Assembly: GCA_040220235.1 (NCBI GenBank)
Contig: JAVJTO010000082.1
DNA from: Coleofasciculus sp. B1-GNL1-01
GTDB lineage: Bacteria > Cyanobacteriota > Cyanobacteriia > Cyanobacteriales > Coleofasciculaceae
DNA: 64,000 nt
Reading direction: 5' to 3' (one strand)
In this document: positions 29,944 through 39,965 of the stretch, piece after piece
How positions within the stretch are numbered: the first letter of the stretch is position 1
How the letters are laid out: every line of letters starts with the position of its first letter
Program-made: the position numbers and the translations under genes
Notes under the pieces: generated by a model
The model's database searches: none
The model's input: the letters and a program-made list of their open reading frames with translations, nothing else
Told to the model about the DNA's origin: nothing

Positions 29944-30546
29944 CTAATTACAGTTTAATGGTGTAACAGGTGTGGCACTCAAGGTTTGTTGTTTAATTTC
30001 TAGCATCTCTTGCCTCAAGGCGTCGAGTTGGGTACTCATGGTTCTAATTTCAGCATCTTTTTGTTGAAGTTTTTGGGAAAGTGCTTGGATAGCAGCTAAG
30101 GCGACTCCATTAGCATCCACAGTATTGATGAAGCGATTATCTTCTCCCACATTAAAAGCAGTGGCAAAGTCCTGTGCCATCGGTCCAATATGGCGGATGT
30201 TGGCATTCTCATTTTTATAGTTCCAGGTTGTAATCGGCAGTGCTGCCACTTTCCCTAGAATCTCCTGCACATCTGCTTTAGCGAAGTTTGCTTTTTGGTT
30301 GCGATCGCTCCTTGATTTATGACGCACTCGGAATGAGTCGTTGGAGTCATATCCAGTTTCTATTTCACCAACTTCTGCTTTAGCCGTCGTTGGTGCCACA
30401 GAGTTAACAACCTGATCTACCAACTCCACATCTAGATATAAGCCACCAACACAAGCGCCTGCTTCCTCATCCGACAATTCTTTGATTACCGACAATTCTT
30501 TGATTAAGTCTGTTTCGTTGTTCCAGTCTACTTCTTGGGGGTTCAT
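29944..30546 (-). CDS. Putative RiPP precursor: GG-type leader + 44-aa core + peptidase S74 intramolecular-chaperone autocleavage domain + coiled coil
   Basis: AGGAAG RBS before ATG 30546; IKELSDEEAGACVGG leader; SDRNQK Ser-Lys motif, ITTWNYK, HIGPMAQDF, VDANGVALAAIQAL then coiled coil. Confidence 0.8.
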   Translation of the reverse strand: MNPQEVDWNNETDLIKELSVIKELSDEEAGACVGGLYLDVELVDQVVNSVAPTTAKAEVGEIETGYDSNDSFRVRHKSRSDRNQKANFAKADVQEILGKVAALPITTWNYKNENANIRHIGPMAQDFATAFNVGEDNRFINTVDANGVALAAIQALSQKLQQKDAEIRTMSTQLDALRQEMLEIKQQTLSATPVTPLNCN

Positions 30547-30819
30547 TGGTTCTTCCTTTCTAAATGCCAGTTCATGTACAAGAATAACTGAAAATTGCAA
30601 TTAATTCAATAAGCAAATTATATTAATTTTGGTAAGTTCTTGTAAGTAAGCACAGCTTCTTGTAATAATTGTGTAAACCGACCCAATCCAGAAGCGTTGC
30701 TGCGTTGATGCATCGGTTGTTTGATGTTTTAGACGGTGGCAATTTAAGTACATATACTCATTAAAATCTTGGGTTTGAGTGGAAGTCAATGTCCGAAAAA
30801 GTCTAATTTTTACAGACCC

Positions 30820-33642
30820 ATGAAACGATATTATGGTTTTTGGCAAAATGCAGTTGGACTAGTCTGCTGCTATTTAGTAAACATCAGCCCAGTTGGGGCG
30901 CAAATCGCTGGGGATACAACTCTATCAACTGCTGTCACATCTCCAGATGGTCTTAATTACACCATCTTAAATGGAACCCCCGTTGACACCAACCTGTTTC
31001 ACAGTTTTAGCCAATTTTCAGTACCCACTGGTGGTTCAGCATTCTTCGACAATGCCTTAGAGGTTGAGAACATTATTGGTCGAGTCACAGGCGGGTCACT
31101 CTCAAATATCGATGGATTAATTCGTACCAATGGTACAGCCAACCTGTTTTTACTTAATCCGAGTGGGATTATTTTTGGTGCCAATGCTCAGTTAAATATA
31201 GGCGGCTCTTTTATTGCTAGTACCGCTAATGGGATGAGATTTGCCGATGGGACAGAATTTACCGCCACAACTGCTTCCCCACCCCTGCTCACCCTGAGTG
31301 TGCCCATTGGTTTGCAATATGGTTCCACAGCAGCAGGAATTCAAGTCCAAGGGTCAACTCTAGAGATATCTTCAGGTCGCAGCTTGGCATTAGTCGGTGG
31401 TGATATCGCCGTAGTTGGAGGAAATCTGACCGCCGCAAGGGGTCGGATTGAGTTAGGTGCTGTGAGGGGTGCAGGTACTGTGGAAATAACATTTGCCAAT
31501 AACCAAATTCAGTTCACTGTTCCAGATGCCATGGCACGAGCTGATATATCTCTTACCGATGACGCTGTTATCAATACCAGTGGTATAGGGGGCGGTGATA
31601 TCCAGCTTACAGGTAAACAAATTACGCTTCAAGATGCACGGGTGGAGTCTACGACCTTGGGTTCACAACCAGGGGGAAATTTAACGGTGAATGCCACGGA
31701 TGCGGTAAAAATCGTGGGTAATGATGATGCTGGGGGAATGTTTACTCAGGGTTTGTTTGCAGAGACCAGAGGTGCGGGAACGGGTGGTAACTTAAGCATT
31801 ACGACAGGAGAGTTAACGGTTCAAGGTGAAGCCAGGATATCGGCGGCAACGTTTGGTGCAGGTCAAGGCGGAAATTTAACGGTGAATGCGGCTGATTCGG
31901 TGGAACTTATTGGTGTTGATTCCAATGACTTTCAGCTATTTACAGGCATATTAACTGATACTGAAAGGACTGGAGCTGCTGGAGACTTGATGATTAACAC
32001 AAGACGCCTAATTGTCCGAGAGGGAGCCCAGGTATCGGCGGCAACTTTTGGTGAGGGTGTAGGGGGAAATTTAACAGTGAATGCTACTGAGTCGGTGGAA
32101 CTTATTGGTGTTTCGGCTTCTGATTTGCTTTCCAGTGGTTTGTTTACGGCGACCCAACCCGAAGCAACAGGAAATGCTGGAAACTTAGAGGTAAATACCA
32201 GAAAGTTAATTGTTCAAGATGGGGCACAAATTTTCGCGGGTACGGGTGGGGCGGGTGATGGGGGAAATTTGACGGTGAATGCTGCTGATTTTATAGAAGT
32301 AAGCGGAGTATCACCAATTGTTCTATTTCCCAGTGGTTTGTTTACTGTCGTAGAGGCAACAGGTACAGGCAATGCTGGAGACTTAGAGGTGAACACGGGG
32401 CGGTTAACTGTTCAAGATGGGGGACAAATCTCGGCTAGCACTTTTGGGGTGGGTAATGGGGGAAATTTGACGGTGAATGCTGCTGATTCTGTCGAAGTAA
32501 CCGGAGTATCACCTGATCTATTTCCCAGCGGTTTGTTTAGTACAGCTGATGATTTCCCTTTGATTGAAACAGGATTAACTGTAGGCAATGCTGGAGACTT
32601 AACGGTTAATACCAGGCAATTGATTGTCCAGGATGGGGGACAGATAGCTGCTTCAACGTTCGGCAATACTGGAGAAGGCGGGAATTTGCTGGTGAACGCG
32701 GTTGAGTCTGTGGACGTCAGGGGTACAGGTCCGGAGGGGGCGATTGGTGGTAGTAGTGGCTTACTGGCTGACGCCACTGACGGGTTTAATGATTCTGGGA
32801 CGGTAACTGTAAACACCGAACAGTTGCGGGTTGAGGATGACGCCAGGGTGGCGGTGAGTAATCAGGGGACTGGTAATGCTGGAAACCTGGAGGTAAAAGC
32901 CGGTTCTATCTTTCTGGATAACCAAGGAACCCTGACTGCTGAAACGGCATCCGGTGAAGGGGGAAATATCAAACTAGAGTTACAGAACTTACTACTCATG
33001 CGCCGCAACAGTCTGATTTCTGCAGAAGCGGGGGGGACGGGCAATGGTGGAAATATAGACATGGATACGACATTCCTAGTGGCGTTTGAAAATAGCGATA
33101 TCATTGCCAACGCCTTCGAGGGCAGGGGAGGGAATGTGCAAATTACAGCCCAAGGAATTGTGGGAATTGAGTTTTGCCTTCAGAATACCCCAGAAAGTTG
33201 TATCACGGTCAGCTCTGAGTTTGGTGAAGATGGTGTGGTGGTGATTAACACGCCAGATGTTGACCCGAGTAAAGAACTGGTTACGTTGTCAGAGGATGTT
33301 CTGGATGTGAGTAATTTAGTCGCTCAAGGTTGTGGCGCAGGTCAAGGGGGAAACTTGGGTGAGTTTATTGTTACCGGGCGCGGAGGTTTACCCCCCTCTC
33401 CAGGTGACATAATTCCGAGTGAAGTGGTGCTTGAAGATTTAGGAACTGAGCTAATGCCAACGAGGAGAAATGATACTAGTGGAGGGATTTTTCCCAATTC
33501 GACGCCTTCGTCTCCAGCACCCATAGTAGAAGCCCAAGGATGGATTAAAATGCCTGATGGTCAGATTATTCTTACTGCCCAAGCCGGGAATGTCACTCCT
33601 GATGATTCCTGGCATCCGGCAGTGACTTGCCAGGTACGGTGA
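30820..33642 (+). CDS. Filamentous haemagglutinin family exoprotein (TpsA-like)
   Basis: NLFHSFSQFSVPTG, NLFLLNPSGIIFG, GxGGNLTVNA repeats, FIVTGRGGLPPSP, IVEAQGW. Confidence 0.92.
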   Translation: MKRYYGFWQNAVGLVCCYLVNISPVGAQIAGDTTLSTAVTSPDGLNYTILNGTPVDTNLFHSFSQFSVPTGGSAFFDNALEVENIIGRVTGGSLSNIDGLIRTNGTANLFLLNPSGIIFGANAQLNIGGSFIASTANGMRFADGTEFTATTASPPLLTLSVPIGLQYGSTAAGIQVQGSTLEISSGRSLALVGGDIAVVGGNLTAARGRIELGAVRGAGTVEITFANNQIQFTVPDAMARADISLTDDAVINTSGIGGGDIQLTGKQITLQDARVESTTLGSQPGGNLTVNATDAVKIVGNDDAGGMFTQGLFAETRGAGTGGNLSITTGELTVQGEARISAATFGAGQGGNLTVNAADSVELIGVDSNDFQLFTGILTDTERTGAAGDLMINTRRLIVREGAQVSAATFGEGVGGNLTVNATESVELIGVSASDLLSSGLFTATQPEATGNAGNLEVNTRKLIVQDGAQIFAGTGGAGDGGNLTVNAADFIEVSGVSPIVLFPSGLFTVVEATGTGNAGDLEVNTGRLTVQDGGQISASTFGVGNGGNLTVNAADSVEVTGVSPDLFPSGLFSTADDFPLIETGLTVGNAGDLTVNTRQLIVQDGGQIAASTFGNTGEGGNLLVNAVESVDVRGTGPEGAIGGSSGLLADATDGFNDSGTVTVNTEQLRVEDDARVAVSNQGTGNAGNLEVKAGSIFLDNQGTLTAETASGEGGNIKLELQNLLLMRRNSLISAEAGGTGNGGNIDMDTTFLVAFENSDIIANAFEGRGGNVQITAQGIVGIEFCLQNTPESCITVSSEFGEDGVVVINTPDVDPSKELVTLSEDVLDVSNLVAQGCGAGQGGNLGEFIVTGRGGLPPSPGDIIPSEVVLEDLGTELMPTRRNDTSGGIFPNSTPSSPAPIVEAQGWIKMPDGQIILTAQAGNVTPDDSWHPAVTCQVR

Positions 33643-33764
33643 TATCTGCATTTAAACTGGGTGTTCGGCATTTAAATCTTAACCCCTGTAGTAGCGAGCA
33701 AGATGCTCGCACTACAAGAATGGGAAACCGTTATTTACAGTAATTGGGAATTGGAAGCAAGAAT

Positions 33765-36419
33765 ATGGCGCGAAAACAGTCGGCATTTTCCCGAAATAAG
33801 GCAATAAGTAACTCTGCTCATTGGTTATGGAAGGTGCTTCTTTTCACCTGTTCACTTTTGACGGTTTGTTTGCTCAATATCCCAGCCCAACCAGCACAGG
33901 TTGTATCAGAGTCCTCTACCTTGCCAGGTTGCTCCTTACCTTCTAGCCTCTGTCCTGGAACCTCTGCCTTTTTATCCCAGCAAACTCAACAAGGTCGAAA
34001 TCACTATGAAGCGGGTCAGTTTGCCCAAGCCGCTCAAATCTGGGAACAAGTGGCTGCGTCTTTAGCAACCGAGGGAGATCAACTCAATCAGGCAATGGTA
34101 CTGAGTAATCTCTCCCTGGCATATCAACATCTGGGACAATGGAGTCAGGCAAAAAGTGCGATCGCCAAAAGTCTGGAACTGTTGACCAACGGACAAGGAA
34201 TGGGTGATAAAATGGCGCAAACTCGTGTTTTCGCCCAAGCCCTAAACACCCAAGCTCAGTTACAGTTTACCCTGGGTCAAACAGAGCAAGCTCTGGCGAC
34301 CTGGCAACAGGCGAGTGAGATTTATCAGCAGGCAAATGATCAAGCCGGAATCCTGCGTAGCCAAATTAATCAAGCTCAAGCTCAAAAACGCTTAGGACTT
34401 TACCGTCGGGCGGTGAACACTTTAACCCAGGTGCATCAAAGCCTAGAAAACCAGCCTGACTCCCCAATTAAAGCGGCTGGCTTGAGAAGTCTAGGGAGCG
34501 CTTTTCTTCTGGTTGGCAACTTAGAGCAATCTCAAACCGTCTTGCAGCAGAGTTTACAAGTGGCTCAAAACCTAGAATCTACCCAGGAAATGAGTGCCAC
34601 ATTATTGGACTTAGGTAATACCGCCAGAGCGAGGAAAGATGAAGCCGCTGCTATAGAATTCTATCAACAGGCAGCCGCGATCGCACCGTCACCCCTGATC
34701 CAAGTTCAAGCTCAACTCAACCAATTAAGTCTACAGATTCAACAACAGCAGTGGCAACCCGCCGCAGGACTGGTGGCTCAAATTCAGTCCCAATTGGACA
34801 ACTTGCCAGAGAGTCGCGGTACAGTCTATGCCCAGATTGATTTGGTCAAGAATCTGATTACCTTATCACAAAACCGTCCCCATGCTTGGGAACTTTACAC
34901 CAATTCAGGACGCCTACTCGCCAACGCCCTGCAACAGGCTCAACGTTTAGCAGACCAACCCGCTACAGCCTACGCCTTGGGAAATCTAGGCAGATTATAC
35001 GAGCAAACCCAGCAATGGCGTCATGCTCAAACGCTCACCGAACAAGCCCTACGCCTTGCTCAAGCCATTAAAGCACCCGATATTGCCTACCGCTTTTCCT
35101 GGCAATTGGGTCGTCTGCTCAATGCCCAAGGGGATACTCAAGGTGCGATCGCGGCTTATACTGAAGCGGTTAATATTCTACAAGGGTTACGCCAAGACTT
35201 AGTTTCTATTAGTCCAGAGGTGCAATTTGCGTTCACAGAGACAGTAGAACCCGTCTATCGGCAACTTGTCAATCTTCTCTTACCCGCAGGTCAGCAAAAA
35301 CCGAGTCAGCAAAATTTGGTTCAAGCCCGTCAGGTGATTGAATCCTTAAAATTAATCGAACTGGAAAATTTCTTCCGAGAAGCCTGTTTAAATCCCCAAC
35401 CCCAACTGATTGATCAAATCGATCCCACTGCTGCGGTTATTTATCCGATTATATTACCCAACCATTTAGCCGTCATTGTTTCTCTACCAGAACAACCCCT
35501 AAGCTACTACGACACTCAGCTTTCCCAAGAGGAGGTAGAAACTACTTTAGATCAGTTGCGTCAACACTTCAGCCCAGTCTTGTCTGACAAAGAGCGTTTG
35601 CGTTTATCTCAACAAGTCTACGACTGGCTGATTCGACCCATTGAGACTCAGTTAACCACCAGTGGGGTTAAAACCTTAGTCTTTGTCCTTGATGGCAGTT
35701 TACGCAATATTCCCATGGCAGTCCTCTATGATGGGAATCAATATCTGGTCGAAACCTACAACATTGCCCTGACACCCAGTTTACAACTATTAGAACCCAA
35801 ACCCCTGTCACAGCAAGCCTTAACCTTACTGACTGCTGGTATCACCAAAGCCCGCCACGGTTTTAGTCCTCTCCCCAACGTCGCCCAAGAAGTTGTTCAA
35901 ATTCAGCAGGAGTTACCCAGCGTCGTGCTACTGGATCAAGCCTTTACCAAGGAAGCCTTGCGCCAAAAAATTGAGTCATCCTATTTCCCGATTGTTCACA
36001 TCGCTACCCACGGTCAGTTTAGTTCCACGGCAGAAGAAACATTTGTATTGGCTTGGGATGAACCAATTCAGGTCAAACAGTTCGATAACCTCCTCCAATC
36101 TGCTCACTCAAGTCGGAATCAGGCGATTGAGTTGTTGGTTCTCAGCGCTTGCGAAACCGCACAGGGGGACAAGCGAGCGGCTTTGGGTTTAGCTGGTGTG
36201 GCGGTGCGAGCGGGTGCCCGCAGTACCCTAGCCACCCTATGGCGTGTGGATGATGCGGCAACGGCAGAATTTATGAGTTTATTTTATCAGGAATTAACCA
36301 ACAATCCCGCCAATAAAGCAGAGGCGCTGCATCGAACTCAGTTAGCACTTCTACAAAAGCCTCGGTATCGAAATCCTTATTATTGGGCACCTTTTGTCTT
36401 AGTGGGGAATTGGCTTTGA
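33765..36419 (+). CDS. TPR + CHAT (caspase-like) domain protein
   Basis: TPR repeats; VHIATHGQF and LVLSACETA (His-Cys dyad); PYYWAPFVLVGNWL. Confidence 0.93.
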   Translation: MARKQSAFSRNKAISNSAHWLWKVLLFTCSLLTVCLLNIPAQPAQVVSESSTLPGCSLPSSLCPGTSAFLSQQTQQGRNHYEAGQFAQAAQIWEQVAASLATEGDQLNQAMVLSNLSLAYQHLGQWSQAKSAIAKSLELLTNGQGMGDKMAQTRVFAQALNTQAQLQFTLGQTEQALATWQQASEIYQQANDQAGILRSQINQAQAQKRLGLYRRAVNTLTQVHQSLENQPDSPIKAAGLRSLGSAFLLVGNLEQSQTVLQQSLQVAQNLESTQEMSATLLDLGNTARARKDEAAAIEFYQQAAAIAPSPLIQVQAQLNQLSLQIQQQQWQPAAGLVAQIQSQLDNLPESRGTVYAQIDLVKNLITLSQNRPHAWELYTNSGRLLANALQQAQRLADQPATAYALGNLGRLYEQTQQWRHAQTLTEQALRLAQAIKAPDIAYRFSWQLGRLLNAQGDTQGAIAAYTEAVNILQGLRQDLVSISPEVQFAFTETVEPVYRQLVNLLLPAGQQKPSQQNLVQARQVIESLKLIELENFFREACLNPQPQLIDQIDPTAAVIYPIILPNHLAVIVSLPEQPLSYYDTQLSQEEVETTLDQLRQHFSPVLSDKERLRLSQQVYDWLIRPIETQLTTSGVKTLVFVLDGSLRNIPMAVLYDGNQYLVETYNIALTPSLQLLEPKPLSQQALTLLTAGITKARHGFSPLPNVAQEVVQIQQELPSVVLLDQAFTKEALRQKIESSYFPIVHIATHGQFSSTAEETFVLAWDEPIQVKQFDNLLQSAHSSRNQAIELLVLSACETAQGDKRAALGLAGVAVRAGARSTLATLWRVDDAATAEFMSLFYQELTNNPANKAEALHRTQLALLQKPRYRNPYYWAPFVLVGNWL

Positions 36420-37883
36420 TTATTGGTCATTGAAGGGTAAAGTAACAGTGACTGTAGTCCCTTGATTCAGTGTACTGTTAATCTGAATCTGACCATGATG
36501 ATTGTCTACAATCGCTTTAGCGATCGCTAACCCTAATCCCGTACCCGCCGCCGCATCCTTGGTTCTAGCGGGATCGATGCGATAGAAGCGATCAAATATC
36601 AGCGGTAATGCGGTTTCGGGAATCCCAATACCATTGTCGCGGACTTGAACTTGAATCCAGGAGGAACCTTGTCGTCCACCTTTACTAGGATGCTTGACCA
36701 ATTCGAGTTTCACCTGCACCCACCCTTCTTCATCGTTCTCTGTTTTCGGGGGAGTATATTGCACCGCATTACTGACAAGATTGGTGAATAAACGTGCTAA
36801 TTGATTCCAGTCGCCGAGAAGGGTAAATGCTTCGTCATCTAAGGGTTGTAGGGGGGGCTGGGAAGCGCTAAAGCGCTTACTACTAACGGTGCGATCGCGT
36901 GCGTCTGATTCCGAGGTAGAATCAACGGATAATTCAGCACTCGTATCGTTAGATTTTAAATCGAAATCCGGAATTTCTGGCAAATGCAGCGACAGAAAAA
37001 TACCTTTTTGATCGGCAATTAACTGTTGTTCTTCAATCACTTCCATCAGCAACGCATCTAGGGGGACAGGTTGCCATTCGGGTTGTACCATACCACTATC
37101 AACCCGCGCCAAAAAGAGCAAATCATTCACCAATCGTCCCAAGCGCTGAGTTAATCGTTCCACTACCTTAAGTTGGTGACGTTGCCATTGCGGTTCCATA
37201 TCGGGATCAGCTAGTGCTACTTGCACATTAGTTTGAATCGTGGCGATGGGATTTCTTAACTCGTGGGACGCATCAGCAGTAAACTGTTTTAACCGTTGGT
37301 AGGAGTCGCGCACGGGTTTCATAGCAAGTTCGGAGAGTAACCAACCAATTGCAGCGGTGGAGAGAATCATTAGCGTGGTTCCCACCGTTAAATCGACGAT
37401 TAACTGGCGGATGGGTTTAGTGACTTCAAACCAGGGATGACTCACCCGTAAATAGCCTAAAACATACCGTCCCAGTTCTACTCGCTTGGTGAACTGACGC
37501 AGCAGGTGATCCGGGGATAGATGGACAGTTTCCGCTGTTTGTCGGGGATGCAGGGGAATATCCAGGGGGTCTGAGAGGGTTGACCACAGCAACTCACCCG
37601 TGGGACTAAACCATTCTAAGTCAATGTGGTCATCTTCCACCGCTTGGGTATTATCGCGAAAACTGGCTTCTACGTTAATCTGATAAGGAGTAACCGTTCC
37701 CTCACTGGGCTGAATCACTAGAGAGCGATCGACAACTTCCACCACATGCTTTAAGGTATCGTCCACCCGTTCAATTAAGGTGCTGCGAACGTACAAATAA
37801 ACCCCTGTCGCAAATAGTAATAATAAGACAGCAGTAACTGTTGTATACCAAAGTGCCAGACGGCGACGAGTAGCTTGAAACAT
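36420..37883 (-). CDS. Membrane sensor histidine kinase
   Basis: Two TMs, ADASHELRNP H-box, NAVQY, DNGIGI, FDRFYR, GTGLGLAI. Confidence 0.93.
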   Translation of the reverse strand: MFQATRRRLALWYTTVTAVLLLLFATGVYLYVRSTLIERVDDTLKHVVEVVDRSLVIQPSEGTVTPYQINVEASFRDNTQAVEDDHIDLEWFSPTGELLWSTLSDPLDIPLHPRQTAETVHLSPDHLLRQFTKRVELGRYVLGYLRVSHPWFEVTKPIRQLIVDLTVGTTLMILSTAAIGWLLSELAMKPVRDSYQRLKQFTADASHELRNPIATIQTNVQVALADPDMEPQWQRHQLKVVERLTQRLGRLVNDLLFLARVDSGMVQPEWQPVPLDALLMEVIEEQQLIADQKGIFLSLHLPEIPDFDLKSNDTSAELSVDSTSESDARDRTVSSKRFSASQPPLQPLDDEAFTLLGDWNQLARLFTNLVSNAVQYTPPKTENDEEGWVQVKLELVKHPSKGGRQGSSWIQVQVRDNGIGIPETALPLIFDRFYRIDPARTKDAAAGTGLGLAIAKAIVDNHHGQIQINSTLNQGTTVTVTLPFNDQ

Positions 37884-38009
37884 TGTATAAGTAGTGGCGT
37901 GGCACACCCAATTTGATGAATTAGAATTACGCCCGGAAACCGTAGGGGCGCAAAGACTTGCGCCCGATTCAATGGTAAAATCTCTTCCACAATTTTAGCT
38001 TAACTCTTT

Positions 38010-38060
38010 GAACCCGTTTCAACGGGTTTTAGCTTTTAGCCCCAACTTTAGTTGAGGGCT
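38010..38060. repeat. Solo copy of the 4077-4449 repeat core
   Basis: GAACCCGTTTCAACGGGTTTTAGCTTTTAGCCCCAACTTTAGTTGAGGGCT. Confidence 0.85.
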
Positions 38061-38089
38061 TAAGTCAGCTAGATGGACAATTTAATCTC

Positions 38090-39409
38090 TCAATCTCTTA
38101 ATACCAAATGCCGCTGCGCGTCAAAGGCAATCGTCCCTTGCTGCTGTAACTGATTGAACAGTCGAGTAATCGTGACTCTAGTGGTGCAACAGGCGTTAGC
38201 AAAATCCTGATGCGTCAGGCGAATGGTTAAACGAGTCCCCTCTGATGTTGGTTGACCAAATTTCGCTTTTAACCAGTCTAGGAAACAGTGCAAACGGTCT
38301 GTTATTTGCCGCTTGCCCGCCATGGCTAATAAAAATTCTGTCTGTTGTAACCGCTGATTAAGCAGAGGTAACAGCGTCTGAGATAGTTGAGAAGAGGCGG
38401 CAATTTCAGTGCAAGAAATACTAATTAATTCTGCTGTTTCCGAGACAACAGTGGCTTCGTACATCGGTAGCGATGTCATACTAGAACTGAAGGGCATGGA
38501 TTCTCCAAGTAATCCCACGATTATTTCATCACCACTTTCGCTAACTGTACTCAGTTTGATCACACCTTGGCAGACGATCCAAGTAGTATGGGGTTTGAGA
38601 GAAATTGTCTCGCCTTTATGATAGATATACCGAGGGTGATTATGGTAAAGGTTGGTATTATTACAATAATTGTCTCCCCTCAGCCCTGGCTGGCGATCGC
38701 GAATATCCTGTACGATCCAGCACAAACGGATCGGCTGATTGTCTAAATCACAGTGGGGACTTACCGTCAAAACCGCCTCCAAGGGTTCACGTTGACGCGG
38801 CTGAATCTGAGCGATCCATTTTTGTGGTATATTATGCTGCTGAATCTGGATGAGTTTAGCTGGAAACTTGCGGCGATCGGATTTAATCAAATAGATATCT
38901 AGGGGTTTACCGACTAAAAACTGCTGCGATACATTCAGTAGGTTGGCAGCGGCTTGATTGGCGTCTATAATTTTCCCTTTGGTATCCGTTTCTAGGTAAG
39001 CATGGGGCAAGAACTGGAGTAGGTTTTGATAACGCTGGCGTTCGGCTGCTAATTCTACTCGCATCGCTGCCGATTCCTCCGCCTGTGCTAGAAGTTCCTC
39101 CATCGCCACTTGCAGTTCTTCTGAAGCCATACCGAGTTCTTTAAAGGCTGAGGGTAGTAGGTGGGATTTTTCGTTTGCAGTATTGACACAGTGGTAAAGC
39201 TGATCTAAGCGTCCTTGTAATGCCTCAACTTGCTGCATAAACCGCTTCAAGTCACTGTCAAATCTCCCAGCACTCATTTTTCTGTGTAAATATTCCCCCA
39301 TAGATAGATTTTCAGGTGTCTTATTCAGTGTTTGGGAAGGATTAATTGATTCTGCCCTGCAAATACGTCTGTATTCACAGTAACAAAGCAACTTAATATA
39401 AGTCCCCAT
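38090..39409 (-). CDS. Coiled-coil + PAS + Crp/Fnr-family transcriptional regulator (true start probably further downstream)
   Basis: PAS (YLETDTKGKIIDANQAA), cNMP-like domain, LTHQDFANACCTTRVTITR Crp HTH. Confidence 0.87.
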   Translation of the reverse strand: MGTYIKLLCYCEYRRICRAESINPSQTLNKTPENLSMGEYLHRKMSAGRFDSDLKRFMQQVEALQGRLDQLYHCVNTANEKSHLLPSAFKELGMASEELQVAMEELLAQAEESAAMRVELAAERQRYQNLLQFLPHAYLETDTKGKIIDANQAAANLLNVSQQFLVGKPLDIYLIKSDRRKFPAKLIQIQQHNIPQKWIAQIQPRQREPLEAVLTVSPHCDLDNQPIRLCWIVQDIRDRQPGLRGDNYCNNTNLYHNHPRYIYHKGETISLKPHTTWIVCQGVIKLSTVSESGDEIIVGLLGESMPFSSSMTSLPMYEATVVSETAELISISCTEIAASSQLSQTLLPLLNQRLQQTEFLLAMAGKRQITDRLHCFLDWLKAKFGQPTSEGTRLTIRLTHQDFANACCTTRVTITRLFNQLQQQGTIAFDAQRHLVLRD

Positions 39410-39607
39410 CTTTAGACAGACGTAAGAGTCTAGCAGGAATTGATATGCTACTAGATGTCAGTCAAGTTAAAGGTTCAGCATTATCCCGACCGACAAGCAA
39501 GATGTAGGCATAGGGATCTCCATTCATCCCAGCTCAACCCCTATCCGGCTAGGATTAGCAACCTCTCTTTTGACTCATAGCCACTCACCCTTCATTTACA
39601 GAGAGAT

Positions 39608-39889
39608 ATGAATTCTCAAACCACTTCTCGTCAAACAGCTTTTGTGTCTAAATCCAGCCAAAGTACATCTAACAATCACCAAAGTCTCTGCTGTTATATC
39701 AATCAAACCAGCCAGGTTCAGATTATCCGGCTGGTGAATCAATCCCATACTAATTGGCAACGGGTTATTTTTTCCGGTGAGCGTTTTCTGTTTGAAGCTG
39801 ACTCTGAATCTAACTTAGAGATTATGGTGAATGAAGCGGTTTCTTCTCTAGTTAATTGTAAAAAATTGTTAGTAAAACTTGAAGCCTGA
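39608..39889 (+). CDS. DUF1830 family protein
   Basis: CCYINQTSQVQIIR...RVIFSGERFLFEA. Confidence 0.8.
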   Translation: MNSQTTSRQTAFVSKSSQSTSNNHQSLCCYINQTSQVQIIRLVNQSHTNWQRVIFSGERFLFEADSESNLEIMVNEAVSSLVNCKKLLVKLEA

Positions 39890-39965
39890 TTCTTGGTCAA
39901 GTAATTTTCTCTGTTTGATTGGCGCAGTAAACAGTATTCCTACCCTAAACAAGAAGATCAGCATC

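Noticed and set aside
29944..30546. Prophage tail-fibre gene
   Set aside because: S74 domain is present but there is no fibre body and no phage genes nearby; the N-terminus is a RiPP-like leader
32214..33524. Antisense ORFs within tpsA
   Set aside because: Shadow ORFs caused by repetitive codon usage
33765..36419. CHAT protease as the leader peptidase of the RiPP locus
   Set aside because: TpsA-CHAT pairs are common stand-alone cyanobacterial modules and are divergently transcribed; no evidence of linkage
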